A DNA stretch of 61,422 nt from a virus (Duplodnaviria > Caudoviricetes), in IMG/VR virus record IMGVR_UViG_3300013126_000033, positions 1-61,422 of that record; one strand, given 5' to 3'. Below, one piece after another: positions 47,757 to 57,997 of this stretch (within the stretch, counting starts at the first letter, position 1; each line of letters starts with the position of its first letter). The translations under genes were made by a program, and so were the position numbers. Below the pieces are notes generated by a model. It did no database searches. It had not been told where the DNA came from and saw only the letters and a program-made list of their open reading frames with translations.

Positions 47757-48482
47757 TTATATAATAGTTGGATCATAACCACCACCAGACGGAACGTTTG
47801 GTGCACCCGGGATATAACCGCCTCTATAGTCTGGTGCTGCTAGACCACCGCTATACCCATAAGGATCAATTTTTGCTGTATTACCATTTGTTTGCAATTT
47901 TTCTTTTGCATTTTCAATTACTGTGCCGGTATTATCATCTTTAATAGCACTACCGGCTAACCAATATTTATAATTGATTGATACCTGTATTTTCATTACA
48001 TCTCTTGCACTATAATCCATTTGAATTGGACTAATAGATTTAGGGTAACACTCATACAATTTAACTTTATACTGTTCTTTATTTTGTTTATCTAACACGT
48101 AAATAGTTATATCTGAAATGTAATCATTATAATAATTAAATTGACGAGTTACTGGGTCCTGAATAGAATTAATCCATGCATCCCATAATGCTTTACTATC
48201 CATTGAATTATCAACATAAAAAGTAAGATTAATATTATCAAATAATCTTTCATATGGCATTTCTCTAAATTCACCATACATTTTAGATTGTTGAGTAGAA
48301 ATACTCATCCCAGGCAACTGTACTGAATCACAATACATCAATACTGTACGTAAATCACCTACATAATTATAGGTATTTTTAGATGCTGCTAAGGCTGGAG
48401 GTAATGAAAATTCGACCTTATATCTATTAGTGGTCATTAACCCTTTGCTTTTAATACTAGCTACAAAGTTATTTAATTTCAT
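47757..48482 (-). CDS. gp54: baseplate tail-tube initiator
   Basis: CDSVQLPG, LTFYVD, ECYPKSI. Confidence 0.75.
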   Translation of the reverse strand: MKLNNFVASIKSKGLMTTNRYKVEFSLPPALAASKNTYNYVGDLRTVLMYCDSVQLPGMSISTQQSKMYGEFREMPYERLFDNINLTFYVDNSMDSKALWDAWINSIQDPVTRQFNYYNDYISDITIYVLDKQNKEQYKVKLYECYPKSISPIQMDYSARDVMKIQVSINYKYWLAGSAIKDDNTGTVIENAKEKLQTNGNTAKIDPYGYSGGLAAPDYRGGYIPGAPNVPSGGGYDPTII

Positions 48483-49069
48483 ATCATTGACCTCTTAGAA
48501 TCCTGCCAAACTTTATTTTTATTTGCACCAACAAATGATTCAACTGGAAGCATCATAGCTGTCGCCCAGTCCTGAGCTGGTATTAATTTGAATGCTGAAC
48601 GAACATGTGAATTTAAATATTGTTTAATACAAGGTTCAGCTGCTTTAAATTTTGAAACTCCTCCTATTAGTGACCATGAGTATTTTAGTCTAGTGGTTTC
48701 ATCCATTCTTTTATTATTAGCAAATTGCATTAATCTATCCAATAATTGAACTCGCATCTGATATGGTAGATAGTGCATATTTAATCCCATAAACCCATCT
48801 TTAGTTTTTTCATATGGGAATACTAATGGAAACATATCCCAATACGGTAATGTGTCTTTAGTTTTTGCATCATATAAAAACATATATAAGTTACCAGGTT
48901 TAATACTATTGGTAAGTCCTTGTCCTTTAAGAATATTCTTCGAAGTAATATTCTGTTGTCTAATTAACAATGCTTGTTGTTGATACCAAGAATTGGATTT
49001 TTTGACAACATTTTTTAAATCGTATTGGTTACGTTTAAAAATGTCAGAAAGAGAAGTATTTTGTTCCAT
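48479..49069 (-). CDS. gp2: DNA end protector
   Basis: YDAKTKDTLPYWDMFPL, GLNMHYL. Confidence 0.9.
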   Translation of the reverse strand: MEQNTSLSDIFKRNQYDLKNVVKKSNSWYQQQALLIRQQNITSKNILKGQGLTNSIKPGNLYMFLYDAKTKDTLPYWDMFPLVFPYEKTKDGFMGLNMHYLPYQMRVQLLDRLMQFANNKRMDETTRLKYSWSLIGGVSKFKAAEPCIKQYLNSHVRSAFKLIPAQDWATAMMLPVESFVGANKNKVWQDSKRSMI

Positions 49070-49089
49070 ATATTATATTTATATACTAT

Positions 49090-49527
49090 TTAAAGACCTA
49101 ATTCTTTTTCTGTTATTATCTTAAATTCCCAACCGCGTTCTTTACAATATTGAACTGCCGCTTCCCATTTTGATTGATTCTTAACAAAAGTCATAGCTTC
49201 AGTAATATATCTTTTTGTTCTTCTTCCGGGAAATACGGGAGGCATTGTCTGTGTTGATGGCTTAACTTCAACCAAATATGTTTTGGAACCATTTGTCTTT
49301 GTTTTTACTTGTATTTTAAAATCAATAAAATATCTATGTAATCTATTATCTGTTCCACATCTATAAGGTATTATAGTTTCTTCACTAGACCATTTTATAA
49401 CTGCTGAATTAGAATCACACCAGTTCATAAAACGCAATTCCCAAGACGAACGATAGATGATATTTGTTGGATCACCAGCGTATTTTTCTGGGAATTTAAT
49501 ATTATATTTGCCTTGATGATACTTCAT
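49090..49527 (-). CDS. gp4: head completion nuclease
   Basis: YRSSWE, HRYFIDF, EVKP, NQSKW. Confidence 0.92.
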   Translation of the reverse strand: MKYHQGKYNIKFPEKYAGDPTNIIYRSSWELRFMNWCDSNSAVIKWSSEETIIPYRCGTDNRLHRYFIDFKIQVKTKTNGSKTYLVEVKPSTQTMPPVFPGRRTKRYITEAMTFVKNQSKWEAAVQYCKERGWEFKIITEKELGL

Positions 49528-49534
49528 AACCTAT

Positions 49535-49564
49535 TATAAATAATTAACAATAACCCTATTTATA
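49535..49564. promoter_or_regulatory. late promoters on both strands serving the divergent gp4 and gp48 genes
   Basis: TATAAATA (+) at 49535-49542 and (-) at 49557-49564. Confidence 0.8.
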
Positions 49565-49572
49565 GAACTTAT

Positions 49573-50736
49573 ATGGCAGACCAATACGCACCATCATTTA
49601 TGCAAGGTAAACCGATGACTCAAAGAGATGCTTTAGCATCTAAGTCAGGTGATCCTATTAATGATAGAATAAAACTGCAAAATACTAGATCCTCATTTAA
49701 TCAGAATGGACAGTATTCTGTATCTAATTTGATGTACCCCGAAAATTTAATTAGTGTAAATTCTAATTCAAAACACCCTAATGTTGGTGGTACAGAGTAT
49801 GGTAATAATTATGTTATATTCTATATTAATATTAGCGACAGTTCTAAACTTATAAAAGAACAAAAACAAGAAACCGTTTCTGATATCCCTCAAATTGATA
49901 AAACTCGTTTAGCAGGTCAAAAGATAACAGAAGATCAAGCGGCAACTGGCATGACAGTTGAAGGTATGGTTGCTGGTGGAGCATTAAGGGGTGATACTAG
50001 TGGTGCCGTAATTGGTGGTGGTATTGGTAATTTTGGTGCTAAAGTTATTGGAACACAATCACCTACGTTTAGTAAACAAATGAAACGTCTTGCCGCGGCA
50101 ATTGCTTTACATACACCAAATCAACATTCAGCAAGATATTCTGCAAATTATGATGATGTATCTACTTCTGCGTTTCAATTAGCTATGAAAGGTGGAGAAG
50201 GTTTCATTAGAGCTGTTACTGAAGGTGTAAGTAAACGAGCAATTAGTAATGAAAGTTCTCAATTAACTAAAGATATTGCAGCAACTGTGGTTATGAATAC
50301 TTTACCTGGCAAAGATTCTATGTCAGCAATTACAGGTTTGGCAACTAACCCTAAAAAGGAACAAGTTTTTAGAGGTGTAGATTTTAGAACATGGAACTTC
50401 GAGTACCAATTCTTCCCAAGATCACGACAAGAAATGGAAAATGTTCAGAACATTATTTATATGTTCAAATTACATATGCACCCAGAATATAAAGATGCAA
50501 ATAATTTCTTGTATATTTACCCATCGGAATTTGATATTGTTCACTATAATGGTACTACAGAAAACTTAAATTTACCTAGACATACTTCATGTGTATTAAC
50601 TGAAATGGTTGTTAACTATACACCACAAACTCAATTTACCTCATTTGAATATGGTGCACCAACTCAAATTAATATTCAATTGACGTTTAAAGAACTTGTT
50701 CAGATGTCTAAAGAAAGAATCCAAGAGGGTTACTAA
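49573..50736 (+). CDS. gp48: baseplate tail-tube cap
   Basis: NPKKEQVFRGVDFR, FFPRS. Confidence 0.85.
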   Translation: MADQYAPSFMQGKPMTQRDALASKSGDPINDRIKLQNTRSSFNQNGQYSVSNLMYPENLISVNSNSKHPNVGGTEYGNNYVIFYINISDSSKLIKEQKQETVSDIPQIDKTRLAGQKITEDQAATGMTVEGMVAGGALRGDTSGAVIGGGIGNFGAKVIGTQSPTFSKQMKRLAAAIALHTPNQHSARYSANYDDVSTSAFQLAMKGGEGFIRAVTEGVSKRAISNESSQLTKDIAATVVMNTLPGKDSMSAITGLATNPKKEQVFRGVDFRTWNFEYQFFPRSRQEMENVQNIIYMFKLHMHPEYKDANNFLYIYPSEFDIVHYNGTTENLNLPRHTSCVLTEMVVNYTPQTQFTSFEYGAPTQINIQLTFKELVQMSKERIQEGY

Positions 50737-50739
50737 CAA

Positions 50740-51231
50740 ATGTACTTTAAAGACTTTGATAAAATATTTTATGATTTTAATATTAATGGTGAAAGTAAGT
50801 TAGAAGTAATAACTGATATTACTCGTAATGTTAGATTCAGAAAAGAAATTCTTGCCAATATTACTATATATGATGAATATGATATTATGGATGGAGAAAC
50901 ACCAGAGATCATAGCTGAAAAGGTGTATGGGAATCCAAATTATCATTGGATTATTATGTTAGTAAATGAACGATATGATTATCTAACTGAATTTCCGTTA
51001 CCTATTTACCAATTAGAAAAATTTATTAAAGACAAATATGGTGATGCAAATGTTTATGCTACACACCACTATATAAATGAAAATGGTTTTGTTGTAGATT
51101 CAAGTTATTCTGGTGCAATTTCAGTTTCAAATTATGAATATGAAGATAGAATTAATGAATCTAAACGTAGAATAAAATTAGTATCAAAAGATATTATCGA
51201 TACAATATTGAAAAACTTTAAAGAACTATAA
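50740..51231 (+). CDS. gp53: baseplate wedge protein
   Basis: GETPEIIAEKVYG..HWII. Confidence 0.9.
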   Translation: MYFKDFDKIFYDFNINGESKLEVITDITRNVRFRKEILANITIYDEYDIMDGETPEIIAEKVYGNPNYHWIIMLVNERYDYLTEFPLPIYQLEKFIKDKYGDANVYATHHYINENGFVVDSSYSGAISVSNYEYEDRINESKRRIKLVSKDIIDTILKNFKEL

Positions 51232-52511
51232 TGATTCAAACTAATGAGATTAGGTTTGCTGGTGATATATCAGTTGATAATATAACTGTAATTACATCAA
51301 AGGGTCTAAAACAAAATATTACTAATCAAGTCTTAGCTATTGAAATCTATGAAGACTTGTATTCACCATTTATGTCTGGCGTTTTGACAGTAAATGATTC
51401 ATTTGATATGGTTAACTTATTTCCATTTATTGGTGAAGAATATTTAAATGTTCATTTATATACCCCATCTCTTGATATTAAAGATCATATCGACTCACAA
51501 TTTTATATCTATAAAGTATCTAATAGAATTATAATAGGTGATAGAACAGTAGTTTATCAAATCCATTTTATCTCAAAAGAAGCTATTGTTGATGTAAATA
51601 AACATGTTAGTAGAGCATATTCAGGAAAAGTTTCTGATATTGCAAAGGAAATCATTACAAATAAAAATTATGGTTTAGAAACTAATAAAAAAGAAATAAT
51701 AGAACCAACAGGTAATGTAACTAAATTTATATCAAATTATTGGACTCCTATTCAGAACATTAATTACGCAGCAGGTACAGCTGTTTCAGTGTCTGGTGCA
51801 TCAAATTATGTTTTCTTTGAGAATAGAAATGGTTTTAATTTTGTTTCAATGGATTATCTATATAAACAAGAAGTGAAACAAGAATTCAAATATGATAACT
51901 ATGCTAGAGATGTAAGATCAAATGGTAGTTCTGTTATTAATTTAACGGAAGATTATAAAAGAATTTTAGATTTAGATGTACCAGTAGTTCAAGATTATAT
52001 GGAAAGAGCACGTTCTGGTATGTTTGCATCTAAAATAATTACTCATGATATTTTAACAAAGAATTATAATTCTAAAAACTTTGATATAGCTACTGATTAT
52101 TCTAAAACTACACATATGAACCCTAATGGTATCATATCAAATAATAATGTAAGACATCCAAATTCTAAGATTATTAATATGTCTAAATATTATGGTGTAT
52201 TTGATAAGTATACAGACGTTTCAAATGCAAAATCTATTCAGCGTAGAATATCACAATTAGCACAAGCAGAAACTACTAAAATAAATATTGTAGTTCTTGG
52301 GCGTACTGATTATACAGTTGGTATGAAAGTTAAATTAGATTTAAATAAAATTGAACCTATTGCTAAAGATGAAAATGATATACAAGATAAAATATTTTCA
52401 GGCAATTATATCATATCTGCTATTAATCACTATATCAATAAAGAAAAACATGAATGTAATATGGAATTAATTAAAGATTCTTATATTATGAATCTCAATG
52501 AGGGTAAATAA
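51231..52511 (+). CDS. baseplate hub protein (gp27-like)
   Basis: IYEDLYSPF, SGNYIISAINH; position before gp5. Confidence 0.65.
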   Translation: MIQTNEIRFAGDISVDNITVITSKGLKQNITNQVLAIEIYEDLYSPFMSGVLTVNDSFDMVNLFPFIGEEYLNVHLYTPSLDIKDHIDSQFYIYKVSNRIIIGDRTVVYQIHFISKEAIVDVNKHVSRAYSGKVSDIAKEIITNKNYGLETNKKEIIEPTGNVTKFISNYWTPIQNINYAAGTAVSVSGASNYVFFENRNGFNFVSMDYLYKQEVKQEFKYDNYARDVRSNGSSVINLTEDYKRILDLDVPVVQDYMERARSGMFASKIITHDILTKNYNSKNFDIATDYSKTTHMNPNGIISNNNVRHPNSKIINMSKYYGVFDKYTDVSNAKSIQRRISQLAQAETTKINIVVLGRTDYTVGMKVKLDLNKIEPIAKDENDIQDKIFSGNYIISAINHYINKEKHECNMELIKDSYIMNLNEGK

Positions 52512-55228
52512 TGAATTTATATCAGGGTGTAGTTGAAAATAGAAATGACCCTCTTAAACTTGGACGTTGCCAAGTACGTGTTGTTGGGTTACATACTCAT
52601 GATAAATTAGCTCTTCCCACTGAAGATTTACCATGGGCATATCCAATGCAACCAGTTACATCAGCTGCTATGTCTGGTATTGGCCAATCACCAGTTGGAC
52701 CAGTTGAAGGTACATGGGTTGTTATCATGTTTTCGGACTCTGATGAACAGTACCCAATTATCCTTGGTACTCTTGGTGGCATTCCTCAAACATTTACTTC
52801 TGTTGATCAAGATTCAACTGGTATTTTATTAAAAGATGAAGAACTAGATATAGTTTCAAATACAGAATCGGTAACTACAAATAATTCTGTTATTCCTGTA
52901 GCAACAGAATTAACACCACAACAGCAAGCGCAAAATATATTACAACCTGGAATGAATACAGTTACTACTGACATTCCAACTATACCACCAAGTGATTGGA
53001 AGGGTGATATAAAAGCTGCATCAAATGGAATTAAAGCTTTACTAGCAGCGTGTGATGCTGCTGGTTTTACTACAAGAGAACAAAAATGTTCAGTACTAGC
53101 TATAGCTGGTGGTGAATGCGGTTGGATCCCACAAGAAGAATTATATAGTTATGATGTTAATGGACTACGTTCTACATTTAATACTACATTTGTCAAAAAC
53201 CACCCAGAATTAGTTGAAGACTATGCTCGTGCACCTAAGAAAGGAATGTCAAGAGAAACATTCTTTGATTTTGTTTATGCACCAGAAAATAATGGTAAAC
53301 AATTAGGTAATAATCAAATAGGCGATGGTGGTAAATTTTATGGACGCGGATTTATTCAATTAACTGGTAGAGCAAATTATACAAAATACGGTGAAATGGC
53401 CGGTGTTGATTTACTTAATAATCCTCAATTATTAAATGATTTATCAGCTGGTGCTAAAGTTGCCGTTGCATATATAAAAGACAGAACTTCAAAGAAAGTA
53501 TCTACTACTGCTCACCCCGATTATTTCTATGCAGTTAAATCTGGTATTGGTCATGATACCGGCAATGGTGCAGCAATCAGATTAAAGTATTATGAATATT
53601 TTTATGGTACTAAAACTGTTTCAGCTTATACAGAAGATAAATCCCCTGAACCTGTAACTGCACCTACAGAAACACAAAAGTATAATCAACCAGCTCCGAC
53701 CAGTGTTACAGGGCCTATAGGTTTCAGAGACCCAAATAACAAATACCCATTAAAAAGTTTCATTAATGAACCAGATACTAATAGATTAGCTCGTGGTATT
53801 AAGAAAGGGACTATCCACCCAATTAAGGATTCTAATCGTGCATTGGATATTCCAAAAGCTTTAACTAGTGAAACTTATGATGAACCAGCTTCTTCATATG
53901 CCGCTAAATATCCATATAATCATGTTTTGGAAACTGAATCTGGACATGTACAAGAATGGGATGATACACCAGGTCACGAAAGAACTTTAACTTATCATCG
54001 TAAAGGTACATTTACCGAAGTAGATGCTAATGGTTCTGAAGTACACCATATCGTTGGAGATAGTTATACTATTATTGATAGAAATGGGTGTATCTTTATT
54101 ACTGGTGAAGCAAACCTAACAGTAAATGGAAATATTAACATTTTTAGTAAAGCAAATGTTAATTTAGAAGTTACTGGTGATTTAAATGCTACAGTTGGTG
54201 GTGATTACAATTTAGGTGTTGCTGGAGATATGACTGTTGCTGTTGGTGGGTCTTATAAGGTCCAATCAGAGGGGTCAATGTTCCATCAATCAAATTCAGA
54301 ATTGCATTCAGTATCACTTGGTAATCTTTATTATTACTCATCAGAAGATATGCATCTTAAAGCTAGTGGTAATTTCAATATGGATGCTACTCGTGTTGAT
54401 CTTTCTGATAATAAATCTACTGCCGCAACAAGCATTAATTTAGTTGCTCCTAATGCTGGTGTAGTTAGTAGTCCAAGTTTACCATATTTAATTGCTCCAG
54501 TTTCAGAAGGTGAATCAGTATTCCTATTGGAAACAGAAGAAGAATGGGCAAGTCCGGCTGGTGTAGCAAAAATTGCAGAAATAGAAAAACAATATGGGCC
54601 GCCGCCAGCACCAAATGATACTGCTGATTCTGTTGGTGGAACAAATACTAATAATGTAGTATCTTGTCAGATAGTCCAAGGTACAGAGAATTTTACCAAT
54701 GATTTTAGATTATCACCTAATTTTACTTTAGGTATGTTAATTGACGGTGGAGTTTCTGGTAAAAATACTTTACGTGACCAAAATGGATTAACTAAACAAC
54801 AGATTGTATGTAATTTATCACAATTATGCATTAATATATTAGAACCTATGTTAACAGTATTGCCAGGTGGTATTGGTGGTTATAAAAAGCAATGGCAAAT
54901 TAATTCAGGCTATAGAATTTCTTCTAATATACCAGCCGGTGGTGTTGCTAAATCTGATCACATGCTAGGTAGAGCTATTGATTTTACACTATTACCTTAT
55001 GATAATACTAAAGCTGAGCGTAATTATAATTTTGCACAAGAAATAGAAAAAATTCTACCATATGATCAAATTATTATGGAATATATGAGTGGAGGGTCTA
55101 ATTGGATTCACATTGGATATCGTGGTATTAAAGATGGTGATACTTCTGGTGGTGGTTTAAATCGCAAGATGGCATTTACTATGTCAAACGGTAAAACAAT
55201 TAAAAGCAATGGGTTTGCATTATTATAA
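52511..55228 (+). CDS. gp5: baseplate puncturing protein with GH19-like and peptidase M15 domains
   Basis: DPLKLGRCQVRV, YPYNHV.ETESGH, beta-helix repeats, YGRGFIQLTG, SGYR..SDH..G.AID..WIH. Confidence 0.9.
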   Translation: MNLYQGVVENRNDPLKLGRCQVRVVGLHTHDKLALPTEDLPWAYPMQPVTSAAMSGIGQSPVGPVEGTWVVIMFSDSDEQYPIILGTLGGIPQTFTSVDQDSTGILLKDEELDIVSNTESVTTNNSVIPVATELTPQQQAQNILQPGMNTVTTDIPTIPPSDWKGDIKAASNGIKALLAACDAAGFTTREQKCSVLAIAGGECGWIPQEELYSYDVNGLRSTFNTTFVKNHPELVEDYARAPKKGMSRETFFDFVYAPENNGKQLGNNQIGDGGKFYGRGFIQLTGRANYTKYGEMAGVDLLNNPQLLNDLSAGAKVAVAYIKDRTSKKVSTTAHPDYFYAVKSGIGHDTGNGAAIRLKYYEYFYGTKTVSAYTEDKSPEPVTAPTETQKYNQPAPTSVTGPIGFRDPNNKYPLKSFINEPDTNRLARGIKKGTIHPIKDSNRALDIPKALTSETYDEPASSYAAKYPYNHVLETESGHVQEWDDTPGHERTLTYHRKGTFTEVDANGSEVHHIVGDSYTIIDRNGCIFITGEANLTVNGNINIFSKANVNLEVTGDLNATVGGDYNLGVAGDMTVAVGGSYKVQSEGSMFHQSNSELHSVSLGNLYYYSSEDMHLKASGNFNMDATRVDLSDNKSTAATSINLVAPNAGVVSSPSLPYLIAPVSEGESVFLLETEEEWASPAGVAKIAEIEKQYGPPPAPNDTADSVGGTNTNNVVSCQIVQGTENFTNDFRLSPNFTLGMLIDGGVSGKNTLRDQNGLTKQQIVCNLSQLCINILEPMLTVLPGGIGGYKKQWQINSGYRISSNIPAGGVAKSDHMLGRAIDFTLLPYDNTKAERNYNFAQEIEKILPYDQIIMEYMSGGSNWIHIGYRGIKDGDTSGGGLNRKMAFTMSNGKTIKSNGFALL

Positions 55229-55743
55229 TGGTTGGATTCTTACCAGTAAATACTGTTCTTAATACTTTAAATGAAAAAAATTCTTTTTCTCATACAATAT
55301 CATACACTGATAATCTTGGTGTTAGTTACCCAGTAACAATAACACCCAGTGAAATTAATAATACAGTTACTATTTCTGGCGGTTTAATTTCGGGTAATTA
55401 TACTAACGTGTTTGATGAAACTATAGATTATAGAATCATTAATGAAGATTCAAGGAATGATGAATTTAAAACAGTTTATAGTTTTAATGATATATCAATA
55501 AATAATTTTGAGATTTATCACTATAATGCTAGTGCTGTAACTTCTAAGACATATACCTATATTGCTGAAGCAAATGGTCAGACTCAATCATATACAATAA
55601 TAGTTGAAAACGATTGGTCTACTGGTAGAAACGAATTAAGACAAAAATTAGGTTTATCACCATTATATGCTTATTGGGTTAATATTTCTAATCAGAGAAT
55701 AAAATGGATAAATGCTTCTGGCATTGAAGTAAACTGGAGATAA
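55228..55743 (+). CDS. hypothetical baseplate-associated protein
   Basis: coupled to gp5. Confidence 0.5.
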   Translation: MVGFLPVNTVLNTLNEKNSFSHTISYTDNLGVSYPVTITPSEINNTVTISGGLISGNYTNVFDETIDYRIINEDSRNDEFKTVYSFNDISINNFEIYHYNASAVTSKTYTYIAEANGQTQSYTIIVENDWSTGRNELRQKLGLSPLYAYWVNISNQRIKWINASGIEVNWR

Positions 55744-55744
55744 C

Positions 55745-55990
55745 ATGGCTGTACCAAATACATTTAAAAATAAAACAGGTGATATATCATTAGAAGAATT
55801 AGATGATAATTTTACTGCATTAGATAATTCAATAACGGCTATTAATACTAAAATAACGCTATCTGCATGGACAGTTATTGAAACCGATGGCGTATTATGT
55901 TTCAAATATAATGGTGTTAACAAAATGAAATTAGATTCTAGTGGCAATCTTAGTGTTGCCGGTGATGTTATTGCGTATGAGACTTTATAA
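55745..55990 (+). CDS. small tail-fibre-associated protein
   Basis: LEELDDNF; KLDSSGNL..AGDVIAY. Confidence 0.5.
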   Translation: MAVPNTFKNKTGDISLEELDDNFTALDNSITAINTKITLSAWTVIETDGVLCFKYNGVNKMKLDSSGNLSVAGDVIAYETL

Positions 55991-57054
55991 TGGCATTACA
56001 ATCATCTGGTAAAATATCTTTAAGCAATGTTAACTCTGAATTGAATCTTGCAACTAATACTAGAAGATCATTAGGACAAACTGCGACGCGCAATTTATTT
56101 GGAATTGCTAGTGGAAGAATTAAATTAAGTAATGGTTATGGTAAATCTAATAGTTTTACTTTTAATAAAATAATATTAACAAACACACAAAACTACAACC
56201 TACGTTCAGATGCTATAGCTGCTGGATGGGATGGTGTTGTTGTGTTAAATGCCACAGTCACAGTCAATGCTGGTATATATGTATGGAGCGATAGTACAGC
56301 CACAGCTGGATTTGATACGGGTAGTATACCAGTTGGATCTACGATTATTATTATAAACAACGGGTATATCATTGGTAAAGGTGGTAATGGGGTGTATCGA
56401 GCAAATGGAACAGATGGCGGTCCGGCTATGAATATTAGTTACCCAGTATCAATAACCAACAACAGTTATATTGCTGGCGGGGGTGGAGGCGGAGGCTCTA
56501 CTGGCGGAGTAAATGTTAATTATTATATAGCCAGTGGAGGAGGCGGCGCCGGTGGCGGAGAAGGTGGCTCAGGTATTGAAGCAGGCACAGGTGGTGCAGG
56601 TGGGACCCCAGGTCAAGCGGGTACAGCCGGTGTTTATTACACCGCCACCAATATAGGGTGGTGCGGCGGCGGAGGTGGTGGACGCATATTACCCGGTGTC
56701 GGCGGGCCAGCAACTGTCATAACATCAGGATTTGGTACTACAAGAAAAGAAGGTGCTCCTGGGGGAGGAGCTGGTGGTGCTGGCGGGGTTGGAAATTTGG
56801 TCGGATCATCTTCACCTGGAGGAGCCGGAGGAAGTGCAAATAATCCGGGAACACCTGGAATATTTACTGGCGCCGGAATTGGGTTTATTGCTGGCGGCGG
56901 AGGAGGTGGTTGGGGAGCTAGTGGGGGCAATAGTGCCGGCAACCTTACGGGGGTAAATTATACATCTGCCGGAGCAGGCGGTAAAGCTGTAAACTTAAAC
57001 GGCAACACGGTAACTTGGATTGCTACAGGAACAAGATGGGGAGCAATTAGCTAA
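55990..57054 (+). CDS. glycine-rich adhesin (T-even gp38-like)
   Basis: IINNGYIIGKGG, IAGGGGGGG, GGAGG motifs, terminal GTRWG. Confidence 0.75.
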   Translation: MALQSSGKISLSNVNSELNLATNTRRSLGQTATRNLFGIASGRIKLSNGYGKSNSFTFNKIILTNTQNYNLRSDAIAAGWDGVVVLNATVTVNAGIYVWSDSTATAGFDTGSIPVGSTIIIINNGYIIGKGGNGVYRANGTDGGPAMNISYPVSITNNSYIAGGGGGGGSTGGVNVNYYIASGGGGAGGGEGGSGIEAGTGGAGGTPGQAGTAGVYYTATNIGWCGGGGGGRILPGVGGPATVITSGFGTTRKEGAPGGGAGGAGGVGNLVGSSSPGGAGGSANNPGTPGIFTGAGIGFIAGGGGGGWGASGGNSAGNLTGVNYTSAGAGGKAVNLNGNTVTWIATGTRWGAIS

Positions 57055-57254
57055 TGACAACAAAATATGCAGTATTAAATCCATTGAAAGGTGAATATGA
57101 ATTTGTAGATAGTACTGAAGAAGTTTTATCTCGAGCACAGACAATTGCTTGGCAATTTTATCTATCACAAACTCATAGTGCTCCAGTATCACAAGTAGAC
57201 ATGAACGCAGAAGGCGCAGAAACTTGGACAGCATTTGACGTAAGTACACTATAA
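57054..57254 (+). CDS. hypothetical protein
   Basis: coupled ORF. Confidence 0.5.
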   Translation: MTTKYAVLNPLKGEYEFVDSTEEVLSRAQTIAWQFYLSQTHSAPVSQVDMNAEGAETWTAFDVSTL

Positions 57255-57301
57255 CAGAGAATGACTATGAAATACCCTAAACTTAGTAGAGTAACTCAAT
57301 A

Positions 57302-57586
57302 ATGTCAGCAGCAACTAGGATAGGTGATGAATGCACGGGACATGGATGTTGGGGTCCTAGAATATGTGACCAGGGTTCAGAAAATGTTTTCATCAATGGT
57401 TTACCAGCTCATAGAGTAGGTGATCATTGGACCACACATTGCTGCGGTCCGGCATGTCATGATTCAGTAGCATCTTCTGGGTCATCTAAAGTGTTTATAA
57501 ATGGTAAAGCGGCAGTAAGAATAGGTGATGAAATTGAATGCGGTTCTGTTGTTGCTCAAGGTTCATCTAATGTTTTCTTCGGATAA
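57302..57586 (+). CDS. PAAR spike tip (gp5.4-like)
   Basis: AATRIGD, PAHRVGD, AAVRIGD. Confidence 0.93.
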   Translation: MSAATRIGDECTGHGCWGPRICDQGSENVFINGLPAHRVGDHWTTHCCGPACHDSVASSGSSKVFINGKAAVRIGDEIECGSVVAQGSSNVFFG

Positions 57587-57604
57587 GTCAGTATAAATAA
57601 TATA

Positions 57605-57997
57605 ATGGCACGAAATACTAGAACATTTTCAGATTTGGACTTTAACTTCACTAGACATCCAGTGACGAATGACGTTACGATGAAGTTTGATGAAGAAGCA
57701 ATTAAACAGTCAGTAAGAAATTTAGTTTTAACTCAAAACTATGAAAGACCATTTCATTCAGAAATAGGTTCACAGATTAGAGGTCTGTTATTTGAACATG
57801 CACTTCCTATGACTACAATATTATTGGAACGAGCAATTTCAGATACAATAATTAATTTTGAACCAAGAGTTAATTTAATAAGTGTCCAAGCACAATATAC
57901 ACCAGATGAAAATGGTGTTAATGTAACAATTATATTTTCAATAGTTAACACAATTAGACCGATAACTGTTAACTTAGTCTTAACGAGAACCCGCTAA
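57605..57997 (+). CDS. gp25: baseplate wedge / sheath initiator
   Basis: AIKQSVRNL, ERPF, FEPRV. Confidence 0.93.
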   Translation: MARNTRTFSDLDFNFTRHPVTNDVTMKFDEEAIKQSVRNLVLTQNYERPFHSEIGSQIRGLLFEHALPMTTILLERAISDTIINFEPRVNLISVQAQYTPDENGVNVTIIFSIVNTIRPITVNLVLTRTR

